A DNA stretch of 64,000 nucleotides from Sedimentisphaerales bacterium (GCA_963663965.2 CAXXFK010000010.1:128001-192000); one strand, 5' to 3'. Positions 18,336-28,649 are shown, counted from the stretch's first letter. Made by a program: numbers and translations. The notes: generated from the letters alone by a model not told the origin.

Positions 18336-19778
18336 TTAAAAATAGATATCCTGATACTTGTTTAACCAGTCGATAACATTCCGATCCAGCCATTTCTCAC
18401 GGAATGGCCGCGTCAGCATGGCATTTGCCGCGTTATCGTCAACAAACCGCTCCGCTTTTGCGTCCCAGGTCACTTTCCGACCCAGTTCAATCGAAGCCAG
18501 CCCCATCCACGTCAGAAAATACACATTATACCCCACTGCCAGCGGTTCCAGCGCCGGCTTGCCGGTTTCGATCGACTGCAGAAAATCCGCCTTATCGCTC
18601 AAGGTGTCTTCGTAGGATACCTCGCCCGGCCCCGGTTTAAATTTTAAAAACGACTCATCGCTGGCCGTCAATGTATTCGGATAGACAATCTGTACCCAGC
18701 CCTTCTCCCCCTCAAACCGTACAAACGGCTTATCGATTTTATAATGCAAAATCAACCCATCGGCATATTCATACCGAACCGTCATCGAAGTCATCGTATT
18801 CCACAACCCCTTATCGAAAACGCCCGTCCCTTCCGCGCTCACCGGCAATTCCCGCTCTCGTTTCATCCCCCACGACGCCAGGTCATGCAAATGGGCGCCC
18901 CAGTTGGTGATCATCCCGTTACAATAATCTTTTATCCGCAACCAGCCCGGCCGCGAATTGATCGTCTTCGGCTCATGCACCCGATGCAGGGTATAGGGCG
19001 CCTCGAAGGCCGGCCCCAGCCACATATCGTAATTCAATTCGGCAGGGATCGGCATAGTCGCCTGCGGCCCGACCGCGCTGCCATTCAGTTCCTCCGGCAC
19101 GCCAACGGTCACTTCTTTCAACTTCCCGATCAAACCATTATGAACAATTTCAATTGCCTGGTTACAAGCCCGTATACTCCGAAACTCGCTATCCAGTCGA
19201 TTGGCCACTCCCTTGGCCCGCACCGCCTCCACCACCGCCTTGCCATGCATCGGCGCCACCGTAAAGGCCTTTTCCATACAGACATGCTTACCCGCCAGCG
19301 CCGCCGCTATCGTTGCCGGCGCGTGCCAGTGATCCGCGGTGGATATCATAACGGCATCCACATTCTTATCATGAACCAGTTCACGATAATCGCCGTACGT
19401 TTTCACCCCTTTGTATCCGGAATCATTTTTCGCGTAGGCGTCATTCACCACCTTCTCGGCCAGCGCCATCCGCCAGGAATCGACATCGTTAACCGCCACC
19501 ACCCGGCAATTTTTCAACTTCAGAAATCCGCCTTTCAGGTTTACGTTAATCGCCTGACGCCCGGTCCCCAGCATCCCGATATTGATTCGATTACTCGGCG
19601 CGCTCTGACCCAACACACTGCTCGGTACAATCGCCGGCACCGCCAGCACACTCCCCGCCGTCAACAGACTGCTGCGGAGAAAATGCCGACGTGTCGGTTG
19701 TATTGCGCCACCGGCATCCTGCCCGCCCGGTATATTTCGACATTTTGCTTTATTATCGATCGTAAATGAAATGGTCAT
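18336..19778 (-). CDS. Tat-exported Gfo/Idh/MocA oxidoreductase
   Basis: TRRHFL twin-arginine signal, GTGRQ, ADHWH, EKA, NWGAHLHD. Confidence 0.9.
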   Translation of the reverse strand: MTISFTIDNKAKCRNIPGGQDAGGAIQPTRRHFLRSSLLTAGSVLAVPAIVPSSVLGQSAPSNRINIGMLGTGRQAINVNLKGGFLKLKNCRVVAVNDVDSWRMALAEKVVNDAYAKNDSGYKGVKTYGDYRELVHDKNVDAVMISTADHWHAPATIAAALAGKHVCMEKAFTVAPMHGKAVVEAVRAKGVANRLDSEFRSIRACNQAIEIVHNGLIGKLKEVTVGVPEELNGSAVGPQATMPIPAELNYDMWLGPAFEAPYTLHRVHEPKTINSRPGWLRIKDYCNGMITNWGAHLHDLASWGMKRERELPVSAEGTGVFDKGLWNTMTSMTVRYEYADGLILHYKIDKPFVRFEGEKGWVQIVYPNTLTASDESFLKFKPGPGEVSYEDTLSDKADFLQSIETGKPALEPLAVGYNVYFLTWMGLASIELGRKVTWDAKAERFVDDNAANAMLTRPFREKWLDRNVIDWLNKYQDIYF

Positions 19779-20659
19779 TGTGCGGTCCCTTTCAACAGAA
19801 GTTTTTCTTTCATAGGTTTCCAGGCTTCCATAGACAATTTAAGATTTTCTTCCTGATCCCCCTTCACACTGTAACACTGCTGGCCGATCGCCCCTCGATA
19901 TCCCGCCGCCCGCAGCTTCAACAGAAACGCCTCGACATCATAATCGCCTTCGCCCAGCCGTAATATCGTCCGTTTCCCCTTCTCCGCGCCATTAATCGAC
20001 ACCAGCCACACATACGGCGCGGTTTTTGCGATAACCTCATCGATCCGACCCTCATTACCACCCATCATTTCATGACAGAGATTTATACTCAATCCCACAT
20101 TATCGCACTGAGCCTTCTGATGGATCCTCAAACACTCTTCAGCCGTCCCGGCATAAAATCCTGCGTGCGGATACAACACCACCCGTAAACCCGATTCCGC
20201 CGCCCAGCCGGCCACCTCCCTCACATTACGCACCGCCTGTTCATCGAACCCTTCCCGCTTACCGGTACTGCTCCGCAACGTCATCCAGATCACCGTATCG
20301 CTCCCTTTCAGCACCCTGATCGCCTCCCGCAATTCCGGCTGATAACGCTCTGTGCCATCCACAAACGAGTGGGCATAGATCCCATAAATCTTAAGCCCCT
20401 CATCTCGACAGGCGCGCTGCCAGTGCGCCAGCGCCTCCGGATTCGTATAATTATAACTGATACCGGCATATCCCGCCGCCTTAACCAGCCGGGCCTGTTT
20501 CTCCGCGGACCAGTCACCCCGCCCAACGCCGTTATCGAATACAAAGAATTCCCAGGGATTCTTACCGGATTGCACCGCCTTATCCTCGGCAAACGATAGC
20601 GGTAAGCAAACCAGCAAACATAAAATGACCGGAATGAACCATTGTATTTGCGTTTTCAT
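19775..20659 (-). CDS. Secreted sugar-phosphate isomerase/epimerase-like TIM barrel
   Basis: Start reassigned to MKTQ (GGAGA RBS, signal peptide); LYPH, NLCH, SINGA, LGEG.YDV. Confidence 0.8.
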   Translation of the reverse strand: MKTQIQWFIPVILCLLVCLPLSFAEDKAVQSGKNPWEFFVFDNGVGRGDWSAEKQARLVKAAGYAGISYNYTNPEALAHWQRACRDEGLKIYGIYAHSFVDGTERYQPELREAIRVLKGSDTVIWMTLRSSTGKREGFDEQAVRNVREVAGWAAESGLRVVLYPHAGFYAGTAEECLRIHQKAQCDNVGLSINLCHEMMGGNEGRIDEVIAKTAPYVWLVSINGAEKGKRTILRLGEGDYDVEAFLLKLRAAGYRGAIGQQCYSVKGDQEENLKLSMEAWKPMKEKLLLKGTAQ

Positions 20660-20915
20660 ATCAAATCTCCCAAAATCGATTATTTTAAACAAAAGAAAGA
20701 TTTCAATATTTAAATACCTGTAACCACAAAAACACCCGCGAGCGCATTGCGAAATACGCCGGAAATACATAGTGCCTTGTATTGAAAGAGTTTACAGCTT
20801 TTTCGAACCATAATTGTGCCCTCGTATTGAACAGTTACTTGTATTTATACCCCGGGTTTCTTAAAATACAATGCATGAAAATAGCATTATGATGCACTAA
20901 AATAAGATTTTCCCC

Positions 20916-21773
20916 ATGACCGATATCAAACAAATCAGTTTACAGGTTCGCCACTGCCGCAGCCGCCGGGACCCCGGCGGCCAGCAATGGGGCCCGCGCA
21001 CCATCCCGGACAACGAATTAGTGCTGATTATCCGGGGTAAATACGGCTACGAAGACCAGAACGGCCCGCTTATTTTAGAGCCCGGCCACCTCCTTTTCAT
21101 CGAACCCGAACTCAGACACAGCTTTCGCAAACTCCCCGAACAGCAGGATGGCCTGCACGCCTGCGCCCATTTCGATTTAATTGACACCCAGGGCCAACGC
21201 TGCTGGGTCAGCCAGCTCGGCTTACAGGTTCGCCGCGTCACCGCCGTGGACGATCTGGACTATTTCAAAATGCTCTTTGAACAGGCCGCCCGCGATTTCG
21301 TCTCCTACACCAGACTGCATCATACCGTCGTCGATAACGCCATCCGCCTGGTCTGGCTCAAAACCGTCGAAAAATGGCTGGACAACCGTTCCCAGACCAT
21401 CTCGCCCATCCTCATGGAAATGATGGAATACCTTCGCGCCAACCTCACCCGTCCCATCACCCGCCAGGACCTCTCACGCCGGTTTCACTACACCCCCGAA
21501 CACATCAACTACCTCTTCAAAAAAGAACTCGGCCTCTCACCCTCCCGCTTCCTCAACCGCGAACGGGTCATTCAGGCCTTTAAATACCTCTACGAAGATG
21601 GACTCAGCGTCCAGCAGGCCGCCGCCAAAACCGGGTTCTCCAGCCAGTACTATTTCACCCGCGTCTTCCGCGATATCTTCGGATACCCGCCCGTCCGCAT
21701 CAGAAAATACCTCAGACGCGAACTCGACAGCATCTACGACAAACACATCTTCAAAGACTCCGCCACACCCTGA
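20916..21773 (+). CDS. AraC-family transcriptional regulator
   Basis: Cupin-like N-terminus; C-terminal double HTH with GFSSQYYFTRVF. Confidence 0.92.
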   Translation: MTDIKQISLQVRHCRSRRDPGGQQWGPRTIPDNELVLIIRGKYGYEDQNGPLILEPGHLLFIEPELRHSFRKLPEQQDGLHACAHFDLIDTQGQRCWVSQLGLQVRRVTAVDDLDYFKMLFEQAARDFVSYTRLHHTVVDNAIRLVWLKTVEKWLDNRSQTISPILMEMMEYLRANLTRPITRQDLSRRFHYTPEHINYLFKKELGLSPSRFLNRERVIQAFKYLYEDGLSVQQAAAKTGFSSQYYFTRVFRDIFGYPPVRIRKYLRRELDSIYDKHIFKDSATP

Positions 21774-21934
21774 TTATCAACCATCAATCCCCCATCCCCG
21801 CCAACTCTACAATCTCCCCCTCGGTCAATATCTTAAAGTAAATCCGAACCTCATCGATCTGCCCGGCCAATACAACTCAACCGGGCATTAAAACTATTTT
21901 AACAATCCGACCGCCTTTTCCCAACAAAAATCAA

Positions 21935-21957
21935 GTGGCACGGGCATCCTGCCCGTG
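21935..21957. repeat. REP-like palindrome
   Basis: GTGG-CACGGGC-ATCCT-GCCCGTG hairpin; degenerate copy at 19705..19725. Confidence 0.6.
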
Positions 21958-22213
21958 ATTTTTTCTCATTCCTACATCCCCCGGCCTGCCACGACCATCC
22001 CACCCGTAATTCCCCCTTTCCGTCCTTTTCGTTTTTTTCCCCTTTTCGCCTTTTTTCCCCACCGTATGGAGCCCACCGTTTCAACGTGTTTTTAAAAAAA
22101 TCGCTCTTTGAAAACCAAATACCATCAACCCATAGCATGGCCCCTCTATTTTGCTGCATTTTTCCCTTTATATGTCTATAACATATTATATTAAAAACAC
22201 TTAATCATGATCC

Positions 22214-22242
22214 CTTCCGTGTATTCCGTGTGTTCCGTGGTT
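22214..22242 (+). repeat. 3 x 9-bp periodic repeat
   Basis: TTCCGTGTA-TTCCGTGTG-TTCCGTGGT. Confidence 0.65.
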
Positions 22243-22768
22243 ATAATCTATTATATTATAATGACTTATGCATATTTACCCTTCCCCGGCCCAATATAAC
22301 GTCTCTCCAATGCGAAACAAACCCAATCCAATAAAAAATCACTGTAACTCATTATAAAATCCTGACCTACAACACATGTTTTCCAAACACTTAACAATAT
22401 TTGTATTAACAGGTATCTATACGTTATGATCAATCGGGATTCGTGATTCGATTGCCAATATTTCCACCCACCACCTCTGCCACAGCCTGCCCCCCCTTTG
22501 CACCCAGGCCGACGATTATCCAATCCAAACGAAGCCAAATACAAATATTTCCGTCATAACCAACCAAATAATAGTACCTTACCACCAGTTCCCGCTTTCA
22601 ATACTCTTCAGACAACAAACCAACCGGCCCCGCTGATTGAGGCTATTGCAATCCTTGGCCCATAACTTCATAATTACAACTCGACAGGACCGCCCTGTGC
22701 GGCTATGATAAGGACCAACTCGACAAAAACCATTAGCTGACCACTTTTAAACAGAAAAGGCATCAACC

Positions 22769-24199
22769 ATGGCAGAACTCCTCACCGCCCCCGAACGCAC
22801 CTCCAAAATGCCCAAAGCCATGCCCTTTATAATGGTCAACGAAGTCGCCGAACGCTACGCATTCTATAGCCTGATGGCAATCCTGGCGACCTTTTTACAG
22901 AAACACGTCATCACCCCCAGCGGCGAAACAGCCAACTTTACCGAAGAGCAGGTCACCGAATATGTCAGTTGGTTCCAGACCGCCTGCTACTTCGCGCCCG
23001 TCATTGGCTCCTTAATCAGTGATATCTTCTGGGGCAAATTCAAAACCATCATCCTTTTTTCCATCGTCTATTGCGTCGGTTTTGCCGCAATCACCTTGGA
23101 CCAGGGCTACCTGGGCGTAATCATTGGCCTCTCGTTAATCGCCACCGGCACAGGGATTATCAAACCCTGCGTCTCGGCCAATGTCGGCGACCAGTTCGGC
23201 CACAGCAATCAACACCTGATCTCCAAAGCCTACAACCTGTTCTACTGGGCCGTCAATATCGGCGCCACCCTGTCCATGTTCATCGCGCCGATTACCCTCG
23301 ATAAATGGGGCGTCAAATGGGCCATGGGTATCCCCGGCGGTTTCATGATATTGGCCACGCTGGTTTACTTTATTGGGAAAAGGCGTTTCGCCCATATCCC
23401 CCCCAAAGGTTTTGGCTTTGTCAAAGAGACTTTGAGTGCCGAGGGCATGCTCGTCATCCTGAAACTGTTTTTCTTCCTCTATATCTTTGTGGCCATGTTC
23501 TGGGCCCTGTTCAACCAAACCATGTCCAAATGGGTCCTCCAAGCCAAAAAAATGGACCTGACCTTCTTCAACTGGCAATTTACCCAGGATAGCTTTCCCG
23601 GCAATATTCTCTCAATATTCAACTGCCATGAGGTGCACTGGAAGATCCTTCCCGAACAGATTCAGGCCGTCAATTCGCTGATGGTCGTCCTGGCTATCCC
23701 CATTTTCACCTATGTGATCTACCCACTGCTGAACAGGATTTTCCCGCTGACCGCATTGCGAAAAGTGGCCATCGGATTTTTTATCGCGGTCCCCTCATTT
23801 ATTATTCCCGCTTTTGTGGAAAAACGGATCGGCATGGGTGAACTGCCCAGTTGCTGGTGGCAGGTGCTGGCTTACGCTTTTATCACAGCCGGTGAAGTCA
23901 TGATCTCCATTCCCGCACTGGAATTCTCCTATACTCAGGCGCCCAAGGAAATGAAATCATTCATTTCTTCACTGAATCTTATCTCGGTCGCCTTAGGCAG
24001 CCTGTTTATCGCCATCGTAAACAAATTCATTCAGAATGACGACGGAACCGTCAAACTGGATGGCCCGGCCTATTACTGGTTCTTTACCTGGCTGTTCCTG
24101 GGTGCGGGCGTGTTGTTCTGTGTCGCCTCGCAATTCTACCGCGGCCAGACCTATATCCAGGATGAAGCGGAAAAATCAGAGGCCGAAACCGAAAAATGA
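22769..24199 (+). CDS. POT/PTR family proton-dependent oligopeptide transporter
   Basis: EVAERYAFY (ExxER), GTGIIKP, GDQF, FYWAVNIG, EFSYTQAP. Confidence 0.93.
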   Translation: MAELLTAPERTSKMPKAMPFIMVNEVAERYAFYSLMAILATFLQKHVITPSGETANFTEEQVTEYVSWFQTACYFAPVIGSLISDIFWGKFKTIILFSIVYCVGFAAITLDQGYLGVIIGLSLIATGTGIIKPCVSANVGDQFGHSNQHLISKAYNLFYWAVNIGATLSMFIAPITLDKWGVKWAMGIPGGFMILATLVYFIGKRRFAHIPPKGFGFVKETLSAEGMLVILKLFFFLYIFVAMFWALFNQTMSKWVLQAKKMDLTFFNWQFTQDSFPGNILSIFNCHEVHWKILPEQIQAVNSLMVVLAIPIFTYVIYPLLNRIFPLTALRKVAIGFFIAVPSFIIPAFVEKRIGMGELPSCWWQVLAYAFITAGEVMISIPALEFSYTQAPKEMKSFISSLNLISVALGSLFIAIVNKFIQNDDGTVKLDGPAYYWFFTWLFLGAGVLFCVASQFYRGQTYIQDEAEKSEAETEK

Positions 24200-24236
24200 C
24201 CCCGGATTGTCTGTTCCGTACCGTCAATGATCCATC

Positions 24237-24265
24237 TTGACCCGGGCATGACGCTTTGATATAAT
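24237..24265 (+). promoter_or_regulatory. sigma70 promoter with extended -10
   Basis: TTGACC-N17-TATAAT with TG upstream of -10. Confidence 0.65.
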
Positions 24266-24333
24266 CGAGTTAATGCTTACAGGGATCTGTTGACTGTTTA
24301 TCCGTAACTCAACCCATATGGAGATGCGATGGT

Positions 24334-25266
24334 ATGGCAGTAAAAAAGTCTAACGGCGGCGTGGCGTTTTCTTCGTTATTCACTCCCGATCAGATCATCT
24401 GTCAGACGGAGTGCCAGGATCGGGACACAATTTTGATGGACCTGCTCAAACAGCTGGCGTTTCAAAGAGGGATCGGCAACGTCAATCAGGCCTATCAGGC
24501 CGTCATCGCTCAGGAAAATATCACTCCTGCCATCGCCGGGCCCCATATCGCCATTCCTCACGCCCGCCTCGATTATATTGACGAAGTCGTCGTCGGCATC
24601 GCCACCTCCCGTGAGGGTATCCAATACAGCCCGGATCAATCACTTCCCATCAAGTTGATCATACTGATTCTGGCGCCCAAAGCCTCGCCCGGCATTTACC
24701 TCCAAACCCTGAGCTCGATTGCCAGAATCTGCCAGGATCCTCAAACCGGCAAAATCGTTTCCGAACTGACCAATGCCAAACAGGTGTGGAAATTTTTCGA
24801 TTCCGGCGGCATGGTGCTGCCCGACTACGTCACCGCCCGCGATATCATGGACCCGGTCGTAGCCAAACTCAATGAAGATGACACCCTGGAACAGGCTATC
24901 GATCTGTTTGTCCGCCATCGCATGCGGGAACTGCCCGTGGTTGACAAGGAAGATGAACTGATCGGCGTGGTCACTGCTTATGAACTGCTGAAAGTCTGTC
25001 TACCGGATTATATCCTCTGGATGGACGACCTGACCCCGATTATTAATTTTGAGCCGTTCGCCGAAATTCTGCGTAAAGAAAGCCAGACCTGGCTGGCAGA
25101 AATCATGACCGGCAATTACGCGATTGTTCAGGAAACCGAACCGGCGATTCAGGTCGCCAAGGAAATCACCCGTCAGCAAACCGATTTCGCTTATGTAGTG
25201 CGAAATAAACAACTTATCGGCGTGGTATCTCTGGTCGGATTTTTACACAAGGTTTTGCGAGAATAG
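24334..25266 (+). CDS. PTS EIIA(Ntr/Fru)-like domain fused to a CBS pair
   Basis: IAIPHAR phospho-His motif; ARDIM..LPVVD..LIGVV CBS repeats. Confidence 0.88.
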   Translation: MAVKKSNGGVAFSSLFTPDQIICQTECQDRDTILMDLLKQLAFQRGIGNVNQAYQAVIAQENITPAIAGPHIAIPHARLDYIDEVVVGIATSREGIQYSPDQSLPIKLIILILAPKASPGIYLQTLSSIARICQDPQTGKIVSELTNAKQVWKFFDSGGMVLPDYVTARDIMDPVVAKLNEDDTLEQAIDLFVRHRMRELPVVDKEDELIGVVTAYELLKVCLPDYILWMDDLTPIINFEPFAEILRKESQTWLAEIMTGNYAIVQETEPAIQVAKEITRQQTDFAYVVRNKQLIGVVSLVGFLHKVLRE

Positions 25267-25308
25267 CCATGCTCACTTCAATCGGAGCTTAGAATTACCC
25301 CTGGTGGG

Positions 25309-26820
25309 ATGGTCTTTACCCAACATCTCGGAGTCGACATGCAATCCAACAACAAAAAAAGCGATGCAAGGAACATGCTAATTCGCGCCCTTGTTATGTT
25401 TGGCATCAGCCTTCTGGTGGGCCTGGGCGCCATGCACATGGGACTCAACCAGCAGCAGATCCTGTCCTGTACCATTTTTATCACAATCATCATGGCGACC
25501 CTGCTCTTCTGGAAATTCAGACTGGCCATCGCCTTTGTTGGTATCGGGGTACTGATGGGGATGAACACGCTGAATTTGCCAACCTTCATCGAAGAATGCA
25601 AACTGGATGTCATTCTTTTTCTGGTTGGCATGATGGTCACCGTGGGCGTACTTAAGGAACTGGGGTTATTCACCTGGATGATCCAGATTGTCATCAACTC
25701 GCATCACATGAGCGGTGAACGTTTCGTCGCCACGATCATTTTCATGGGCGCGCTGATGTCCTGCGCCGTGAATGAAGTCACTTCGATCGTATTCGTGGCA
25801 ACACTGATATTTCAAGTATGCGATACCTTGAAAATAAAACCGGTCCCCTTTGTTATTATTGCGGTGATGGGCACCAATATCGGCTCATTTGGCACCATGC
25901 TGGGTAATCCGGTGGGTATCCTGATCGGCCAGAACGCCCAACCTCCCCTGAATTTCATGGATTTCCTTACCTGGTCATTTCCCATTATGCTCGTATCGCT
26001 GGTCGCGACAATGATCGTCTTAATGGTCTGGTTCCGCAAAGATATCGCCTTGTTATCCGAACGATTGCAGACCCGGCGTGAAATGGGCCTGGGACTGGGC
26101 CCACTGGTTCAGGTGCCCTATCGCCGGGGACTGGCGATTCTGACCGGTATGATCCTCTTTATCGCCATGCACCACTGGCTGGAAGAAAAACTGGGCCTGG
26201 CGCCCAATACCATATTAATTGTCGCTCCCCTGGTCATTGCCGGCCTGCTGATGATCTGGCGTCATGAACGGGCGCGTCATTATATCGAAGCCGATGTCGA
26301 ATGGTGGACATTATTATTCTTTATGATGCTGTTTGCGGTTGCCGGCACCCTGGAACATACCAATGTAACCCATGAAATTGCGGTACGGTTCCAAACGGCC
26401 TTTGGCGACCGGATTTCGATTTTAACCCCCATCATTATCTTCCTGTCAGCGATAGGCTCCGCTTTTGTTGACAATATCGTGTTTGTGGCCGCTTTTATGC
26501 CGGTAGTCAACAAATTGGAACACACCCCACTGCTCTGGGCCTTGCTGCAAGGGGCTTGCCTGGGGGGGAATATCACCATGATCGGCTCGACCGCCAATAT
26601 TGTGGCGCTGGGTATGCTGGAAAAACGCTACCGGGTCCATATCAAATTTTTCGATTGGATCAAAGTCGGCGCCATCGTCGGCCTGGTCACCGCGTTGATA
26701 TCCTGGGCCGGGATCGCCATGCTGGCCGGTAAAATGCCCACCAAAGCTGAACGCATGCAAAGAATTGCCGATCATACCTCCCAGGAGATCCCCTCGAATT
26801 CACACACCGAAAAACCATAA
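25309..26820 (+). CDS. ArsB/NhaD/SLC13-type ion transporter
   Basis: TNIGS..T.LGNP, SAFVDNI, LGGNITMIGSTANIVA; many TM helices. Confidence 0.88.
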   Translation: MVFTQHLGVDMQSNNKKSDARNMLIRALVMFGISLLVGLGAMHMGLNQQQILSCTIFITIIMATLLFWKFRLAIAFVGIGVLMGMNTLNLPTFIEECKLDVILFLVGMMVTVGVLKELGLFTWMIQIVINSHHMSGERFVATIIFMGALMSCAVNEVTSIVFVATLIFQVCDTLKIKPVPFVIIAVMGTNIGSFGTMLGNPVGILIGQNAQPPLNFMDFLTWSFPIMLVSLVATMIVLMVWFRKDIALLSERLQTRREMGLGLGPLVQVPYRRGLAILTGMILFIAMHHWLEEKLGLAPNTILIVAPLVIAGLLMIWRHERARHYIEADVEWWTLLFFMMLFAVAGTLEHTNVTHEIAVRFQTAFGDRISILTPIIIFLSAIGSAFVDNIVFVAAFMPVVNKLEHTPLLWALLQGACLGGNITMIGSTANIVALGMLEKRYRVHIKFFDWIKVGAIVGLVTALISWAGIAMLAGKMPTKAERMQRIADHTSQEIPSNSHTEKP

Positions 26821-26847
26821 CGTCCGGACGCAAGGAAAGATATGGGA

Positions 26848-28134
26848 TCAACTGCTGCTTCCGTTTTGAGGCGGGAGAATCTCCAGTTTAATCCGGTCAA
26901 TCTTACGGGACTGGGCGTTTATTACGGTAAATTTCATGTTTTTATAAACAAATTCCTCACCCTGCTTAGGAATATGCCCCAACTGAGCGAATATAAACCC
27001 ACCCACTGTTTCATAATCTTCATCTTCCGGCAGTTCCAGATCATATTCATCGTTCAGTTCATCCACACTAAAACGCGCGTCGATCTCAAAGGTTTTATCT
27101 TCGAGCTGTTTGACCATTTCCTCGCGGGGGGGTTCGTGCTCATCGATAATTTCGCCCACTAATTCTTCCAGAATATCTTCAAAGGTTACGACACCGGCCG
27201 TGCCCCCATATTCATCCAGAACGACCGCAATATGTACTTTTTGATTCTGAAAATCATGCAGTAAGTCGCGTAAGCACTTACTCTCAGGCACAAATAAAGG
27301 TTTGCGCAATAATTTGTTAATATCGAACGCTTCATCAGGCGAATCGACATAACCTATTAAATCTTTGGAATAGAGAATCGCCACAATATGATCGATCGAC
27401 TGATCATATACCGGATACCGTGAATAACCATTTTCATTAATTAGACCGGCCACTTCCGTTAAAGAGGCATTAATCGGTATACCAATAATATCCGTGCGCG
27501 GTGTCATGATTTCGCCGGCGGTGGTCTCTCGGAACTCCAATACCGAGACAATCATTTCCTTTTCTTCTTCGTCCACAACCCCGCGCTGCTCCCCTTCTTC
27601 CATGACGCTAAGCAGCCGTTCCTGCCGCTCTTCATTATTACCATTTTCATCTTCACTTTTACCGGCGATTTTTCCAGCGATAGGATAAATCAAGTGTAAA
27701 ATGGCAATAACGGGGCGAATGACGACTTCGACTGCCCGGATGATACTATAGCCGCGAACCAGAACTGCGGTACCACCATAACGCGCCCAGGCATTAGGAA
27801 TCACCACTGAAAATAAACTCAGTAGAATCACACAAAAAAAGCAACCATAGATTACTGTACTGGCGGATAGCGTATCCTTCTCAAAAGACATGGCAAAAAT
27901 GACACCGGAAACGATCGTCAAGTTGCAAACCAGCCGTAATATTTCCATGGCTGACATAAACCGCTCAAAGTCATCCCGCAAGGTAATGAAACGGTATGGT
28001 TTATTGATTTCATCAAAGGCGTCTTCCAGCCGAATCCAGGATGCGCGACGCAAGGAGTGAACCGCCAACGAAAAAAACAACGTTAACGGAACACAAACGG
28101 CCACAACGATAAAACTGGTTACCTGGGGATTCAT
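26848..28134 (-). CDS. CNNM/HlyC-CorC family protein (TM-CBS-CorC)
   Basis: EIMTPR, YSRYPVY, VLDEYGGTAG, EDILEELVGEI, ETVGG. Confidence 0.92.
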   Translation of the reverse strand: MNPQVTSFIVVAVCVPLTLFFSLAVHSLRRASWIRLEDAFDEINKPYRFITLRDDFERFMSAMEILRLVCNLTIVSGVIFAMSFEKDTLSASTVIYGCFFCVILLSLFSVVIPNAWARYGGTAVLVRGYSIIRAVEVVIRPVIAILHLIYPIAGKIAGKSEDENGNNEERQERLLSVMEEGEQRGVVDEEEKEMIVSVLEFRETTAGEIMTPRTDIIGIPINASLTEVAGLINENGYSRYPVYDQSIDHIVAILYSKDLIGYVDSPDEAFDINKLLRKPLFVPESKCLRDLLHDFQNQKVHIAVVLDEYGGTAGVVTFEDILEELVGEIIDEHEPPREEMVKQLEDKTFEIDARFSVDELNDEYDLELPEDEDYETVGGFIFAQLGHIPKQGEEFVYKNMKFTVINAQSRKIDRIKLEILPPQNGSSS

Positions 28135-28607
28135 TCGCCGGTCCCTCCCCGGTAGACGGCACCGAAGCCCAACTCCGTCAACAATTCATCTTCGCGTTGA
28201 TGCATCAACGTCGCATCATCAAGACTTTGATCATCATAACCCAATTGGTGTAACAACCCATGTGTCAGATACAAAGCCAGTTCCGCCATTGGTTGATTAC
28301 CGCTTTGATGCGCCTGGCGAGCCGCCAGAGGGGCATTGACCACGACTTCGCACTCCAGAGATGATGAGACTGTCGGTTCACTGAGGTCAAAACTGATGAC
28401 ATCGGTACTGATATCGATCCCGAAAAACTCGCGTTTCAAATTACGAATGGTATCATCATTCACAACCGCAACACTAATATTTGCCTCATGGCAATCGGAT
28501 GCGGTCAGGACATATTGAGCAATATGACGCAACTGATCCGGGTCAGGATCAAATCCTTCTTCGGCGGCGTTCTCTTCTACTACGATTTGAATATTATGCA
28601 TAGACAA
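28131..28607 (-). CDS. ybeY: rRNA maturation endoribonuclease YbeY
   Basis: TDVISF; HGLLHQLGYDD (last His replaced by Asp). Confidence 0.88.
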   Translation of the reverse strand: MSMHNIQIVVEENAAEEGFDPDPDQLRHIAQYVLTASDCHEANISVAVVNDDTIRNLKREFFGIDISTDVISFDLSEPTVSSSLECEVVVNAPLAARQAHQSGNQPMAELALYLTHGLLHQLGYDDQSLDDATLMHQREDELLTELGFGAVYRGGTGE

Positions 28608-28649
28608 ACAATTAAATTCAATAAGCTTAAAATTTTCAGTGGAATTGTA

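Noticed and set aside
18744..19769. 341-aa plus-strand ORF
   Set aside because: Antisense to a clear Gfo/Idh/MocA gene; R/H/P-rich with no motifs, explained by the C-rich skew
11733..22760. Integrative island at tRNA-Gly
   Set aside because: No integrase and no duplicated tRNA 3' end found
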